Shown one piece after another: positions 40,920 to 54,404 of a stretch of DNA of 64,000 nt. Position 1 is the first letter of the stretch, and every line of letters begins with the position of its first letter. The stretch is taken from NCBI RefSeq assembly GCF_006345805.1, contig NW_021835994.1:62001-126000 (forward strand), read 5' to 3'. The translations under genes were made by a program, and so were the position numbers. The notes beneath the pieces were generated by a model. That model searched no databases. It was not told where the DNA came from and worked only from the letters and a program-made list of their open reading frames with translations. The stretch is from Octopus sinensis (Eukaryota).

Positions 40920-41430
40920 GGCCCAAATGAGAATGTTTGTTAAAGATTATGCAGAGTACAATTTTACAGAAATCCGTCCTTGAAGGAAAAACGTGGATAT
41001 TTTGAAAGTTAGAAAATTCCGATTGAAAATGAAAGCTGAAAATTTTATTCTTATTGACAGAAAACTATTTTCCGAAATACTAATCTACTTGACAATCTTG
41101 TTATAGCTTTAACAAGCATTAAGAAATAAAAATAAGTGTTCAAGAAATCCACGAAACAAACCATTGTCTGGATGCACTTTTCAGAAGGAAATTTTTTGTA
41201 GTCAATCGAAACATCATTCGCCAAGTCTTAAGGGAGTGTAATATATGCATGTTTGCTGTACCACTGAAACAGTATAACGATTCGAGCCATATTGTCACTG
41301 ACCTAATGAAGGTTTCAAGTCGATTTCATTGTTTTTAAAAAGTTGAAAGTTTATTAGTTATTATTGTAGATTTAAAAATCAAAATGATCATTTTTCTTAC
41401 TTAATGTCGATAGTAGACATATACAGTGCG
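40920..41430 (+). mobile_element. Ginger-type integrase N-terminal remnant
   Basis: NRNIIRQVLRECNIC, FQVDF, NDHFSYLMSIVDIYS. Confidence 0.65.
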
Positions 41431-41449
41431 ACCTCCAATTGGGGAAATA

Positions 41450-41935
41450 ATACTCTACTTTTTTCCTAAGCTTATGACATAATTATTGCCTCACGCCACC
41501 AAAACATTAACACCGCTTCTGGATTTCTGCAGGAACACATGAACACTCTATCGTCCTGGCTGAAATGCAATCTTCTTCAATCTTCCCCATCCAAATCATC
41601 TGCTACTTTATTCACAACTGACCGTCATCAGTTCAACTTAGAGCCTAAACTGTTCCTAGACAACATTCCTCTCCCAGTTGAAAAATCCCCCAAAATCTTG
41701 GGTCTGAAATTTGATTGCTGTTTATCTTTCTCGAAACATGTTTTATACATCTGTAAAAAATTCCAGAAAAAAACTCAATGTGCTTCGAGCTATTGCGGGG
41801 ACGTCATTTGGGCAGGATAAGGAGAGTCTAGTAACTGTATACAAGCAGTTATCAGAACAACAATGAACTACGCTGTCCCTGCTTGGGGCTCCTGCTTATC
41901 TATTCCAAACCTTGAAAAACTTCAGAGACCCAAAA
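41450..41935 (+). mobile_element. LINE RT C-terminal fragment, same family as 11300-12030
   Basis: SPSKSSATLFT, PKILGLKFD, AGTSFGQDKESL..YKQ. Confidence 0.8.
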
Positions 41936-42284
41936 ATTATAGTTCGGTATACAGAATAAATATAATACGAGTGTCCCCCGAATACAAACAAATGGTCGTA
42001 ATTTACTATTTTAATATTTAAAGTTGCATTACAATTTAGAAGTTTATTTGAGGTTATGTTAACGCCTGACGATGATATTTTAATTAAAAAAAATTACATG
42101 GACTATTACTTTTTCGCAAATATAAAAGTTTTGTGAAGGTTCTTTTAAGAGAGTCCATTTTCCACTTATGTGTTTAATTACGGCAACACTCACTAGACCA
42201 TTGGAACTTATGCCTTCTAAGAAGTTTGTATATACTTATAGATTATGCTTTATGTTAATTACAATTTCCGTCTAGTGTGATAAC

Positions 42285-43982
42285 TAGGGCATTTTAAGTT
42301 AAAAAAGTTAAAATATATGAAAATGTGTATTTTGGCTTAAAAGTAAAAATAAAGTATTTTTTAAATGAAATAGTTACTTATTAAAGAAAAATAAAGTTAA
42401 AAAGTTAAAAAAATTTTTTATAAAGTTAAAAATTTTAACTTTATTTTAAATAGCGCGTGGGTGTTTAGTATGCCAAGAACTGCAAAAACAATGTATTTTA
42501 AGGCAAAAAAAATTGTTATTGAATATCCGCTGGAGTTTTTATTACGAGAGAATGGCGAGTTGCAATGTCAACTTTGCTTATGCACAGTCAGGTGTGAGAA
42601 AAAGCATTTTGTGAATTCTCACCGAGAATCGAAGAAGCACTTAAATTTATTAAGTTTTTACAAATTAATAATTTTTAGAGAATAATTTCTATCAGCCTTG
42701 TTTGGACGAGTTACCCAATGATGACTGGTCAATGCAAGTCACTAAAGCATTTATTCAATGCGATATACCCTTGCATAAATTGACTATGCCTCCTCTAAAG
42801 AATTTATTCAAGAATACTTCTTTGCCTCTTCCTTCCAATACAAAGCAAGATTGTGCGTTAAACATTGAAAACTGAATATATTGTATTATTTCAAGAAAAG
42901 TTTAGGTTTATGAATATATAATTTTTTAGAAATCAACTTGTATTCGCCATAAGTGACGAGGTCACTATTCGTAGTCAAAAATTTTGTTGCAGTTTTAATG
43001 GGGATACTTAAAAATCCCGATAAAACTTATTTGATTTCTTTCGTAAAAATTGATAAAACTTCTACCAAAGAAACAATTATTCAAATTGTTGACGATACGA
43101 TTAAATGCGTTTTAATTGAAAGACAAAATTTCCTTCTCCTAATAACAGATTCCGCTAAATATATGTTCACGTAACTTGTGTTGCTCATCTGATGCATAAT
43201 TGTTCAATGAAAATCAGGACTATTTATCCTGAAATTGATTCTCTTATTGCATCAATTCAAGCGGCAATAACAAAAAATAACAAGAGAAAACGACTATTTA
43301 ATGAAATTGGAATTCCACCTCATGTAGTTTTAACTAGATGGGGTACTTGGCTAACTGCTGCATTTTATTATGCAAAAAATTTAATACATGTGATAAACAT
43401 TTTCAAAACAATTCCTGATGATGGAATCATTGTTCAGGCTGCAAAAAATAGCCTAAGAGATGAATCTCTAGTAAAAAGCTTAAGTTCTATTGTTAGAAAT
43501 TATTCGACAATTCCAGGTAAAACTAGTTTAATAATAGCAGAATTATTGTGCAAATTTGAAAGTTCTCACTCCTCAATAGAGTTAGCTTACAATGAGCTAA
43601 AGAATTTAAAATTTGACGACGAATCAGATATAATTGAAAAATATTTGAATGAACGATTACAAAAAATGATTTATGTCAAATTATAAAAATGACAAATTCA
43701 TCAATTTCTCCTGAAGAATATTGTATGCTTTTAAAGTGTCAGCCTTCATCCTCTTCCATAGAACGATGCTTCTCTCAAATTAAAACTTTATGAGGGATAA
43801 CAGAAATTTTAATATTGAAAATATAGAGAATTATGTTATATGTTTGTATAATAAATGATTCTTAAGTTAAAATTGTTAGGTTAAAATTTTTGTTTATAGG
43901 TTAAAATTTGGTTATTTTTAGGTTAAAAGTTAAAATTTTTAGGTTAAAAAATCGAAGTTTTTAGGTTAAAAAAATTGCCCTA
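42285..43982 (+). mobile_element. Second CGGBP-like hAT transposon (degenerate transposase ~42469-43857)
   Basis: TAGGGCA...TTGCCCTA termini; perfect TSD GTGATAAC (42277-42284, 43983-43990); CQLC..H, TCVAHLMH, TRWGTW; GGTTAAAA subterminal repeats. Confidence 0.9.
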
Positions 43983-45607
43983 GTGATAACTAATATACGT
44001 GTCAGGATTAGTTTTGATATCTATTCCAATAAAATAGTCCTTTCGGAGCACACCTCGAATACAAATAGTTTGCTAACTTGCAACTACGTTATTTTCTGCA
44101 TCGCTTGTTATATCACCGGTAGTAGTACCCCTCCATAACACAATTGTCTTTGTAAAAAGTTCCTGAATCAGCGTTTTTTGCAAAGTAGTATGAATGACCG
44201 TCATAATTATAGATATATTCAGACTCAAATCCTTAACATAACCCCTCTTATATGTACCGTATATAGACCCGCAAAAAGTATTCCTATAAATGAAACAAAA
44301 TCGAAACCGAGCATTGCATAGGTAAAAGACATTGTAATAAATAAACTATGTAGTATTTATATACTCGGTTTTATTGTATTTTTAATTATTGTATGATATT
44401 GTTTTGGCTTGTAAATTTTTAGACTTGTAAGGTAAATTTTAAATAACCCTTTTAATTAAAGAATTTAGCCTATGGTTGAAAAATGAAACAAAATTCATTT
44501 CAAGTTCGATCACTTGAAGATCAAAGTAAAATTGGAAAATATTCGATTCCCAGTGTAAATGTGGAAAGTCAGGAGTAGTTATTATAAAAGAAGGTAAACA
44601 AGAATTTTGGACTATTGTGGTTAAGTAATTTTGTGGAAGGCGTATTCCAAAATGAGTCGAAGACCTCATTAGAGCCAACATAAAACAAAAATGGCCCTTC
44701 CAAATATCCAGAGGTCTCGTTGGCCGTTAGAAAAAACAGTTATAAACTAACTTCAAGGTTAATCTGCGTAGAAACATCTAGTTCCTTACAACTTATTTTA
44801 AAAATTGATTTGAGTTTTTTTTGACAGAAAAAATTCGAAATCAGGTTAGGTCTGTGTCCGGAATAAAGAGGTTAAATTTATTTTGAAAAAACTAAAAAAT
44901 TGGACCGGAGAAACATTTTTTAATGGATAACCTTATTAGAATAAAAGTTATCCCGGGCGTTTTTGTTGTCGTTTTGTATGGAGGTCTTTTCATTTTGTTT
45001 TATAATTAAATTGACAATTTATATTTAATTTTATTGATATTCATTCGATTATTCAAGTTTGGTGTTTTAATGATTTTAAATTCCGGAATTATTCTTTTAA
45101 ATTTTGTTATTTTAATTTTATTAATTTGGTCTAACTACGAAATTTGTATTTATCGATTGAAAATGTTATTTTCTATTTGTATCCTCTTCATGCTTATCTT
45201 TCCGTATTACATATCATTGAACCAATCACAACATCTTTGTCACAAATACACCCCTCGACATTAAAATCCGGACAGTTAATAAATCGTCATTTTTATTATC
45301 AATTTTATTAAATTAAAAACTTAAGCATTCTAATATCATCTATATTTTTTAATTTTATAATATTTATTTATAAATCTTTCCGTCGATTGATGGTCGTTTA
45401 TATTTCTTCCTTTTTTGTATCCTCCTTCCGTCGGAGAGGCGAAATTCCATATTAATGACCTGTTTTATGATAAAGTCAAAACTTGACTAAAATGACGATA
45501 AATTTAGTTTATTCAACTTTTTGTGTTTTTAGACCTCTAATTACTAAAAATCAGTTTCAATGATTTTAAAAAGATTAATAAAAGTTTAATTTATCACCGA
45601 AATAAGT

Positions 45608-46141
45608 TCAATTTGCCACAAGAAAGACAAACCTAAAGTTCAATACAACCTCGTATAACATGAGCAAGTAAAGAATGGCACTCAGTCCATATGTGGCCAT
45701 CTTAATGTAGCCCTCCCGAATTGCATAACTGCTGACGTCATTGTTCATCACTGTTACGTAATCATATAACCCATATCCAGACATTTGGGGTCTTTTTAGA
45801 TATCTGTTTGTAATAAATCATCATTTTAACCTCCAAATATTATAAGCCGAGATTGCTATATTGAAGGCAGTGAAAGTAATGACTCCTGTAAATAGCCAGA
45901 ATATGGTTACGATAAATTGAGCAACATATTCAAAAATAAGAAGCTAAATGTAAAAAATGTAGAAAATATACTTTATTTGTAAAGTTACAATGATCGATTA
46001 CATTCGTGTAGTTCTGCAGGAGGTCTTCAAAGTTGCTGGCCTTAAAAATGTTAGCTGTGCTCCTACTTGGAGTAAGGATAAAACGGCAATGAGAATTGAA
46101 CTTAAAAAAGATGAAAAACTAATGATTGCTGTATAGTCCAT
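45608..46141 (-). CDS. CNIH: Cornichon family protein, multi-exon
   Basis: FEDLLQNYTNVIDHCN, YNIWR|YLKRP...LYDYVTVMN..REGYIKMATY match cornichon motifs. Confidence 0.8.
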
Positions 46142-46277
46142 AAATACTGCACCACAAACAAATAAACGAAATAAAAATAATTTTAAATTATTTGATTTAA
46201 TACCATTTAAAATTTCCATTTTAAGCAACTGCCTTAAAATCAAAATATAGCCAACTATCTTCCTCTTATGGAGACTT

Positions 46278-46390
46278 GGTTAATTCTCGTTATCGTTTCC
46301 TTGCTCACGAGGCGACGAGTCCTTCTGGCACGACACAGTTGAAAAATGGGGATCTCCCACCTTCCTTCCGGTCTTAGCGTGACGTTATGT
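46278..46390 (+). repeat. SINE core fragment
   Basis: TAATTCTCGTTATCG...CTGGCACGACACAG...CTTAGCGTG matches 38430-38535. Confidence 0.8.
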
Positions 46391-46819
46391 GTTCCTCTGC
46401 CAAGAAACAAAAGTCAAATTATCGTAATTCTTGGGAAAAAATTAAGACCCCTCTTAAAAATACCTTCCCCGAAAAACAGATCAACTATGTTCAGACTAAT
46501 ACACAACCACATTTCAACTTAGGCTATCAGATCACTCGAACACAATGAACTACTAGACTTCGCACCTCACTTATCAACTGAAAGATCTTTTTCCAAAATT
46601 TTTTGATTCAAAAAATCATTGGTATTGCAATGGATATGTGAATCGGCCGAAAATTCGAGAAAACCCAATGTTTTTGACAGCGGCCATAAGTATTGTCTTT
46701 CTTTTTAGTTTGTCTCAAATTTTTGCAGCCTCAGCAGCTAAAATTGTCCAACAATTATGTCAATGTTAAAACTAATGAGGAAGGTGCATTTTAAACGTAT
46801 TAAAAAGTAATTAACAATA

Positions 46820-47020
46820 ATGGTTTGGGACTTGTGTATTTCAGACGTTTTTGAGTTTTCCCCCCTTGTATTCGGAACCTCAGGAATTGTCGGCGAGGCC
46901 GCGTCTCAACTCCTCACTGACATTGTTAAAAGAATTTCCTTGAAAACAAACAACAGAAGGAGACGAACTGGCTCTTTTAGCAAATCTCGGTCGTCGTGCT
47001 CCGCGGAAACTGCGGCTTAG
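46820..47020 (+). mobile_element. CRE-like endonuclease remnant
   Basis: VWD, FSPLVFGTSGIVG, RISLKT and, after a frameshift, VVLRGN. Confidence 0.65.
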
Positions 47021-47569
47021 TTGTGTTGTTTTTTAGGCTCCTTACTACTCTTTCAGCACCTACTCCTGCTAGCATTAACAGATTATTCATAAGCATCCAT
47101 TAAAAATAATTGATAGCGATTATATTTTTTGAAAACAAGTTAGTTTATGGACAGTTAGAAAGGGAAAAAATTGTTTAACATTGATTTCAATTGTCATAGT
47201 TTTAACCTTCGGCACGGTTTCATTCTCGGCTCGTGGCATAATTTTATTTAGTTTTCGTAATTTATATATTTTGTTACATCAATTTCACCCGCTTAGGGCT
47301 TACGTTCTGTCACGGAAGGGCAGATTTATCTAAGCCAAAGTCTAGATTCAGAGGCTACTTCTTGGACAGACATCACGGATTTCTCTTTAATGGAATTTTG
47401 AATTTTTCTAAAAAGCCGCATTTTTGATTAAATCTTATTCATTTCTTTGTGAATAAATTTTTAAATTATAGTTATATATTCTCAAAACATCCAAAAAATT
47501 AAAAAATTCAAAATATTTTAGAATCATAATTTCATTCTATGAAGAGTGATTTGCAAAAATAAATGATTA

Positions 47570-47725
47570 ATGCTCGCGAGTCCTCTTGGTTGAGGCAGAG
47601 GATCTCGCTCGCAATCGTGCGCGGGAACGCGCAAGCAATCCGTTCGGCTGGGTTAATTTACAAAAAGCATTACAACAATGATATTTGGGTCTCTCATTTA
47701 AAGAAAATTTAAAAATTCAAAAAAA
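47570..47725 (+). mobile_element. Very short CRE-like 3' remnant
   Basis: ARESSWLRQRISLAIVRGNAQAI followed by an A-rich tail. Confidence 0.7.
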
Positions 47726-48099
47726 TGATTAAATTCTCATTATTCATTAGAGGACACATTAATTAAACTATGAAGGGAAGGGAACAGCCACGTAAGAATT
47801 CTCTCGCCTTCAGTCACCAGGACAATGCCATATACTCTTTCCGAATGTCGATACTTCTTACATTTGAAATATGTTTTATAAACTAGTCTTTAATACTGAA
47901 AATCTAGGAACGAAAGATATATTAAAAAGAATAAAATACACATTTCTTTTATTTTCGTTTCGTTTATTGAACGTTCTTTAAAAAGTAATATTTAAAGATT
48001 TTTATTTGACTAAAATATCATCTTTCCGATCATAAGTGAACCTTCCAAGTCATATTTGAGCAAGAAACAAAGAGAATCGAAAGAAATTAAAAGGAAAAA

Positions 48100-49755
48100 A
48101 TTAACTAAAAAATCTTTAATAGTTTTTTTAATTCAGCCATATTTCTAATAACGGTGTCGATTAGTTCCAACGAATTTATATCAAAATTTTCATTTTGATA
48201 AAAGAATTACTTTATTCTTTTCAACATTTTCAAAGCCTCTTTTGGAAAGAATCTCCAGCAATATTAAGGTAATCTTTAATTTCGGTAAATTCATGATTAA
48301 TAAAATCATCTTTATCCACCGGGTCCAATATTTTTAAGATATTTACCATTTGATCACAATTATCAATTTCAACAGTTGGTCTTTCAAATTGATTTTCACA
48401 TTCGATCCATTTTGAATGTCCGAAACAATTTGTACTTGTTTTGGTCGTCACTTTTTTCAGACAAAATATGTAAAAGAAGACCGTCTTTAATGTTAATTTT
48501 TTATGTGCTTCCAGTGGATTTTTTCCATTTTCAATTTTTTCTAACATTAACTCAAATTTAAGTTTATTAAAATGTCCTTTGAAGGATCTAATGATTCCTT
48601 GATCCATTGGTTGTAGAATTGTGTAGTCTTCGAAGGTAGGTAAAGAACTTCAATTGACTGTAAATCAGCGTAAAGTTTATGGGATGGGCATCGATCTACA
48701 ACTAAAAGAATTTGTTCGTTTCTTTAGATGCCTATCCCATGTTAAAAGCCATTCCTTAAAAATTTTACTTGTCATCCATGCTTTTGGTGAATGACAGTAA
48801 TCGACAAAATTTTCGACTTTAAAATTTTTAAAGCAGCGAGGTTTCTAGAACTTTCCATTCATAAGTTAAATTTTTTTCTCTGTCCCAGTCATATTTGAGC
48901 ATAGCAACAAAGAAAATCTAAAAAATAAATAAATATTAACCGTTCTTTAAGGATTTTATGTCCATATCGAACCTTCTGACAAACACTTTTTGAAGGGATA
49001 GATTTGTAAGAAATCCCAGTTTCATCAGCGTTATAAATGTTTTCAGCATTATGTTGTTAATCTTTGCAGAGATCAAAGAAGTAAAGTAAATGCATCAATT
49101 TCTTATTTCTGATCAACTGCAGTAGATCCTGATTCTCCATGTAAAGTCCTCAATTTTAAGTTGTTCCGTATCTTGAACTTGCTTAGCTATTCATTGATGG
49201 CTTTAAACTCTTTAATTCCATAAATATTAGCAATGTTCCTTGCTTTCAACAAAATTGAATTATCGTCCAAAAACCCCCCTCTAAGCTCAATGTATTCCAT
49301 CCAAGTTAATAGTTTGGTGTCAATAACAGAATAAGTTAAGTTAGATAATCTCTTCTTATTGGAGAAAATAGGATCAGTATACATTATTTTCTCTTTTCCA
49401 AGTCTTAAATCGTTCACAGCCTTCGAGATATTTTTTTCTTCAAAACAGAAGAAAAAATGTAAGCTATACGGTCCATCTTGAGACTTTGTTCTCCTCCATG
49501 TACGCAATAATGCGACGTTTTTCATTAAAAGACAATCTTGTGCACTTACGCATGTTGAATTTAGCGTGGTTGAAATATTTTATATAAAAATAGTTTAAAC
49601 CAAAAAAATATTTTTAAAATTAGTGGCGAGATTTAGAAATGGCGAGCAATAGAATATTTATCAAAAATTACTAGAAATTTTTAATTTTTTGAAAAATATG
49701 TGGCGAGCATAGAGGTGGCGAGTAACAGAGGTGGCGAGCACCAGAGGTTTTACTG
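48100..49755 (-). mobile_element. Degenerate pogo/Tigger element; only the 5' TIR found
   Basis: GAGGTTTTACTG|TA terminus with GTGGCGAG subterminal repeats; IYNADETG, AWMTS, LQPMDQGII; 24-nt intron at 48918-48941. Confidence 0.85.
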
Positions 49756-49757
49756 TA

Positions 49758-51921
49758 ATAGATTTAATGGTTTAGAAATAAAACTCAGTTAATACATCTA
49801 GGCCTGTCCCTGGTGGCCTATTAGTACACAGGGATGAGGAGAACATTTTGTTTGCCTTGGGATGCACTGTTATTGTGTAGAATATCCTCACTGGTCAGCA
49901 GCAGTTCCTCAGTGGAAGCAGAAATAAAATAAGTTGTCTGGCCATCTCCAATGACGGAAAATACGTTGCTGCCGGAAATGAGACTTTCATGGGGTTTAAA
50001 GTAATTTTGGGATAAATATGTGCAGTCTGACATATTCGTGTGGGACTATCAGACAAAAACATTGCACTGTAGTCTACAACTCCATAAAGTCAAGACTCTC
50101 TCACTATCCTTCACAGCCGACGGTTCATTTTTGATTTCTCTGGGTGACCAAAACGATGGGACGTTTATTAATAGTAAATATCTCGTAGAGTCGTTGTGTG
50201 GAGTCTCGACAAAAAAGAAGCCATTTGTGGCTCCCCCGCACAAGCAGTCAGTGCGGGCTGTGCTCAGATTCTTCTCTGCTCCTCAATTGACCCACGTGTC
50301 TTCATCACTGGGGGAAAGTGACATTCCTACGAACCAACCCATTTAGTGGCACCCTTCGAGTGTGGACTCTCCTTGCCGAGAAAAGGACGATCACCCCCAA
50401 CGAAGTCTCCTTAGTCCAAAACAGACGATCGATCATCTCCATGGCGGTTGTTATGGCAAGAATAAATATTTAAGGCGAGAATTGGTATTAACAGAATTTA
50501 TTGTGGGGCAACAACTGGGGATATACTCGTGGTGGATGTTGGGACTTTTACCTTCAATGGAATTTTCTCGCGGAAGGACAAATTTAGTCTCGGAGTGACT
50601 TCTTTGGCGGTCCTCAAATCGGGGAACCTGATTGTTGGGACGGGGGATGGAAATCTGGTGGAATTCGAACAAACAAGCAAAGCATATTCAAAAATACGGT
50701 AATCAAACAAAATAAAATTCAAGACAAATTGATCTTCCAAAAAAGATAACTTCGATCTCATTGCGGGGAGTAGGCCACCAAATGTACGTGGGAACCTCGA
50801 TAGGACACGTGTATCGAGTGACCTACACGTCCTTCAACTGTGACCTACTCAACACGACCCACCAAAGGCCAATAAATGACATAACTTTTGCGCCGTAATA
50901 TTTGGTATAAAACTGTAAGATTCTGTTCTGATTTATTCCTCACGTGCTCGTTCGAAACTATTAGAGTGTGGCTGACGAGGAGGAAAACAAGGAGTTACTG
51001 AGGATACAAGTCCCAAACATGACTTTCAATTATGTGGTTGTCACTGCCAGTGGGAATTGTATTCTCGGTGGTTTCAACGACGGAAGAATCCGCGGATTTT
51101 ACCCGAAAACAGGCCGAAGTTTATTCACAATTGAGAACTGTCACAGCCAAGGGGTGACAGCCTTGGCGGGAATGACGGAGCCGGGAAAAATCATATCTGG
51201 GGGAGGTTGGGGACTGATTTATACTCGTAGGCGAAGGGCAAGTCCGAGTTTGGAAAATCAGTTCAGACTGGCAAAGTCTGTTGGTGACTTTGAAGGAACA
51301 CAAAGCCTCCGTGACCTGCATAAAAATAAAAAGCGACGACAGAGAGGCCATTTCATCAAGCAAAGACGGAACTTGTATTGTGTGGGACTTGGAGTAAGGT
51401 GTGGTTAACCATTCAGTCGATTTGCCCGGAAACAAATAATATTTGCCACTACACTCTTCCATTGTCTGTGCTATGACTACAACCAAGTCCAGATTATTGC
51501 CAGTGGGACGGACAGATAAGTCGGCTACTGGGAGGTCTATGATGGATCAGCCATCAGACAGGTTATCAGTTCAGACGACGGGGCTATTAATGGAATGGAT
51601 GTCTCCTGTTGTGGCAGGTACTTTGTCACTGCTGGGGACGACAAATTAGTCAAGGTGACCTGTCCCAACATGTCTTAGTTATGGTCCTATCATAAAGAGA
51701 CTGTCCTCTTTCAAGGGAGAAAACATGGCAGTAGTATTCTTAAAGTCAAAATATGTCCCAACTCTAAGTACATTGTCACTGTCGCTGCTGATGGATCCAT
51801 CTTCAAATGGAATTTTCCAGAAAAATTGATTCAAGAGGACTCCAAAGTAGAATTGCCACCCAGTATTGAAAATGAATCAAATCCACCAATAGTAGAATCC
51901 AACCAAATATGTGCTGCATAA
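49758..51921 (+). CDS. CFAP52: Cilia- and flagella-associated WD40 protein 52 (WDR16); first codons missing
   Basis: FNG|PVPGGL, LGCTV, SCLAIS, TFMGFK, ELLRIQVPNM, NDGRIR, LKEHKASV, SGTDR.VGYWEV, IVTVAADGSIFKW. Confidence 0.9.
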
Positions 51922-53559
51922 TGCTCCATTAACACATTAACTTGACTAATAAATTTCCACAATATTTTCGTGCTATACGATATTTTCCCGAGGCGAGGAT
52001 TGTCTTTTCTTTGTACCGCTTTTTTCATCTAAAATAATAGTGTGGATTTAATTAAATAGTTATTCTTAAATGATTTTTTCTTCTTTTTAAAAAAACATAA
52101 TTACGTTTATAGAGATTGGGATCATGTCACAAAACATCGTAAAGAAAGTATTTCCAACTTTAACATTACTTCCAAGTCTTGTCTTCTTGCATAATTGTTC
52201 GCGTGGGTGACATCAAAGACTGCAAGTTATGTAATCACTAAACGTCTATCAAAGTCGAAATTCAATTTTTTTGACTTTTTACAAATAAAAAACTGTCTTA
52301 AACTCAAACTCAAAGTCATCTGGACTATTTAACATTTCTACCTTTGTACTCAGTTTTTAAAAAAACTGCACTTTCCGCAAAGCCATAGCTTTGCACAGCC
52401 GGGACACACTTTATTTTAAGTAAAGAGTTTTTTTTTATTTTAGCTAATCGTAGATAGGGCTAGGGGAAGATCTCTGTTTTTTTCTTGCTGAAAGATTTTG
52501 TCAAAATTTCTTTGGGTTCCTGAATTAGGTCGTCGGTTCAAAGATGCGCACTTTCTTCAAACTATTGTTTCCGGTTTTTATGTTTGGCATTAACGACGGT
52601 TTGGGAGAGTAGGGAGTTTTATGATTGATGGTCGTTTTATTTCTTCTTTTTTTGTATCCTCCTTTTATTTCAAAATTTTGAGTTTTGGGATTCCCTAAAC
52701 TGGCAGGTCGAGATAGAAGAGAACTTTGGTTTTTGAAATAAAAAACCTCTGACTTGTTCGACCTGTGTTTATTTTTGATGAAATATTTGGGTAGGATTTG
52801 AACTGGGTTGTAGATATGGAGTTGATTAAAATGAATTTTTTCAATCCTCAAGTTTCATATTTTCTTATCGCAGGGAATTTATTGTCTGTTTGTATTCCAC
52901 ATCTATCCACGAAGGTAAATAATAGTCTTGTGACCGGAGGGAGAATCTGTTTGCTGATCTTTGAGTATTTGCAGTAGTTTTGTGATCATTCTGGAAAGTT
53001 TGAGGAAAATATGTTTACTTTTTCATCTTGTCTTTTTGATTCATTTGCTTTTAAGATCGCGGATGTAATCGTAGGAGCGCAGGTATAGATCTTCCAGTTC
53101 ATTTTGATAAAAATTCTATTTTTTACATTTGATTTATATTTTGATTTTTGAGTTATATACAAAAAAACAACCAATTAATGGATAATGCACAAAAATTTTT
53201 AAATCGTATGCGGACAAGGGGACGATAAAATTTCAAAGGGGGCGATGAACAAAAAAGGTTGAGAATGTCTTGTCTAGGTCTATTTGTTGAGCATTTTTTA
53301 AGCTTCGACATAAGTCTATTTGTTGAGCACAATAATTTTTCGTAGACCCCGGAAGTATTTAGAATTTTCTGTTTTGAGTAAATTTTTAGAAGCCTGTCTA
53401 TAGAAAGTGTTTGAGTTCTCACTATTTTCCCGTTATTTTTTAAAATTTCAGATAAAGAAGAATTTCCTAGGTCCAGGTTTAATTCTCTTCTGATGCGAAA
53501 AAGATATATTAATTATATATAAAAAAACAATAATTATTACTGTACTATGACAATATCAC

Positions 53560-54370
53560 CCCTGGTCGTCGTTCTCACGCACACCAACACAAATACAGCA
53601 ATGTGCTTTGAATTCCTATAATATGTGTATTCCAACACTATTTCCGTGATTTTACCGACATTGCGGAAATTGATAACTGCCAATTGATTTATGAACTATT
53701 AGAAGAACTCGTCAGGAATCCCCCAAATCACCGACCCGTAATATTTTACTTCGGTGAGAGATTCCGTGTCTTGGAGGACACTAGTACTCTAACAACACGT
53801 GCTATTTGGATGTTGTTGAGAAGAATAATGTCCTTATCAACTCAAATGGGAATGTTGTGCGTAACTACGGCACAGGACTGCTTAAACTCAACTTACTGGA
53901 ATGCCTGAACTGTCATTTTGTTTTAAAATGGAGAACAGAGGCCTAATTTTGGTTGATTGTGTGATTCCCTAATCAAGATTCTGTCATGTTGGAGGACGTC
54001 AAGTTTCACTAGTGTGTCTCCTTGGCTGATTTTGAGAGGCAGAATGTGATCCAATTTATCCCCCCTGATGGAGAGTTTTAGTTAATGAGCTATCGAATCA
54101 CCCTCTTAGTTATATTTGTCACTACTGGCTTAGAATAATCCTCTTTTCAATGTGAATACCAAATATGAGAGAAATGAATCACAATTAGTGATTCAGGCCA
54201 GGATTGTTGCGTTGTTGTACTGGACAAGCTAGTAGTAGGAATAATATTTCTGCAAAAATGGTTAAAATACTGCTTCCAATGTCTTCCAATATTTGTATGC
54301 CTCAGAGTAAGATCGGTACAGGCACGTATCGTACAATCCCAACCAGAACTGCCTTGTATGGACTTTCGGT
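53560..54370 (+). pseudogene. Adaptor complex mu-subunit gene, disrupted and 3'-truncated
   Basis: NCQLIYELLEE, LEDVKFH*CV, FIPPDGEF*LMSYR with two in-frame TAGs; ends next to a pogo remnant. Confidence 0.7.
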
Positions 54371-54404
54371 TAACTTCTTTTTACTATTATTATATAATTA
54401 ATTA

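Noticed and set aside
41966-44058. Mariner-like MITE (CGAGTGTCCCCCGAA ... TTCGGAGCACACCTCG) hosting the second hAT
   Set aside because: The inverted match is too imperfect and the right side lacks a TA.
50155-50195. Non-canonical GA-type intron boundary in CFAP52
   Set aside because: Cannot be distinguished from dropped bases in an indel-prone assembly.
52400-53450. Minus-strand K/N-rich ORF pieces
   Set aside because: Low-complexity and fragmented, with no identifiable motif.
53990-54095. TAG-to-Gln recoding suggested by FH*CV and GEF*LM in the adaptin mu gene
   Set aside because: TAG terminates DnaJ directly after its CASQ CAAX box and apparently also GBA2. The mu gene is truncated beside a pogo remnant, so pseudogenisation is the simpler explanation.
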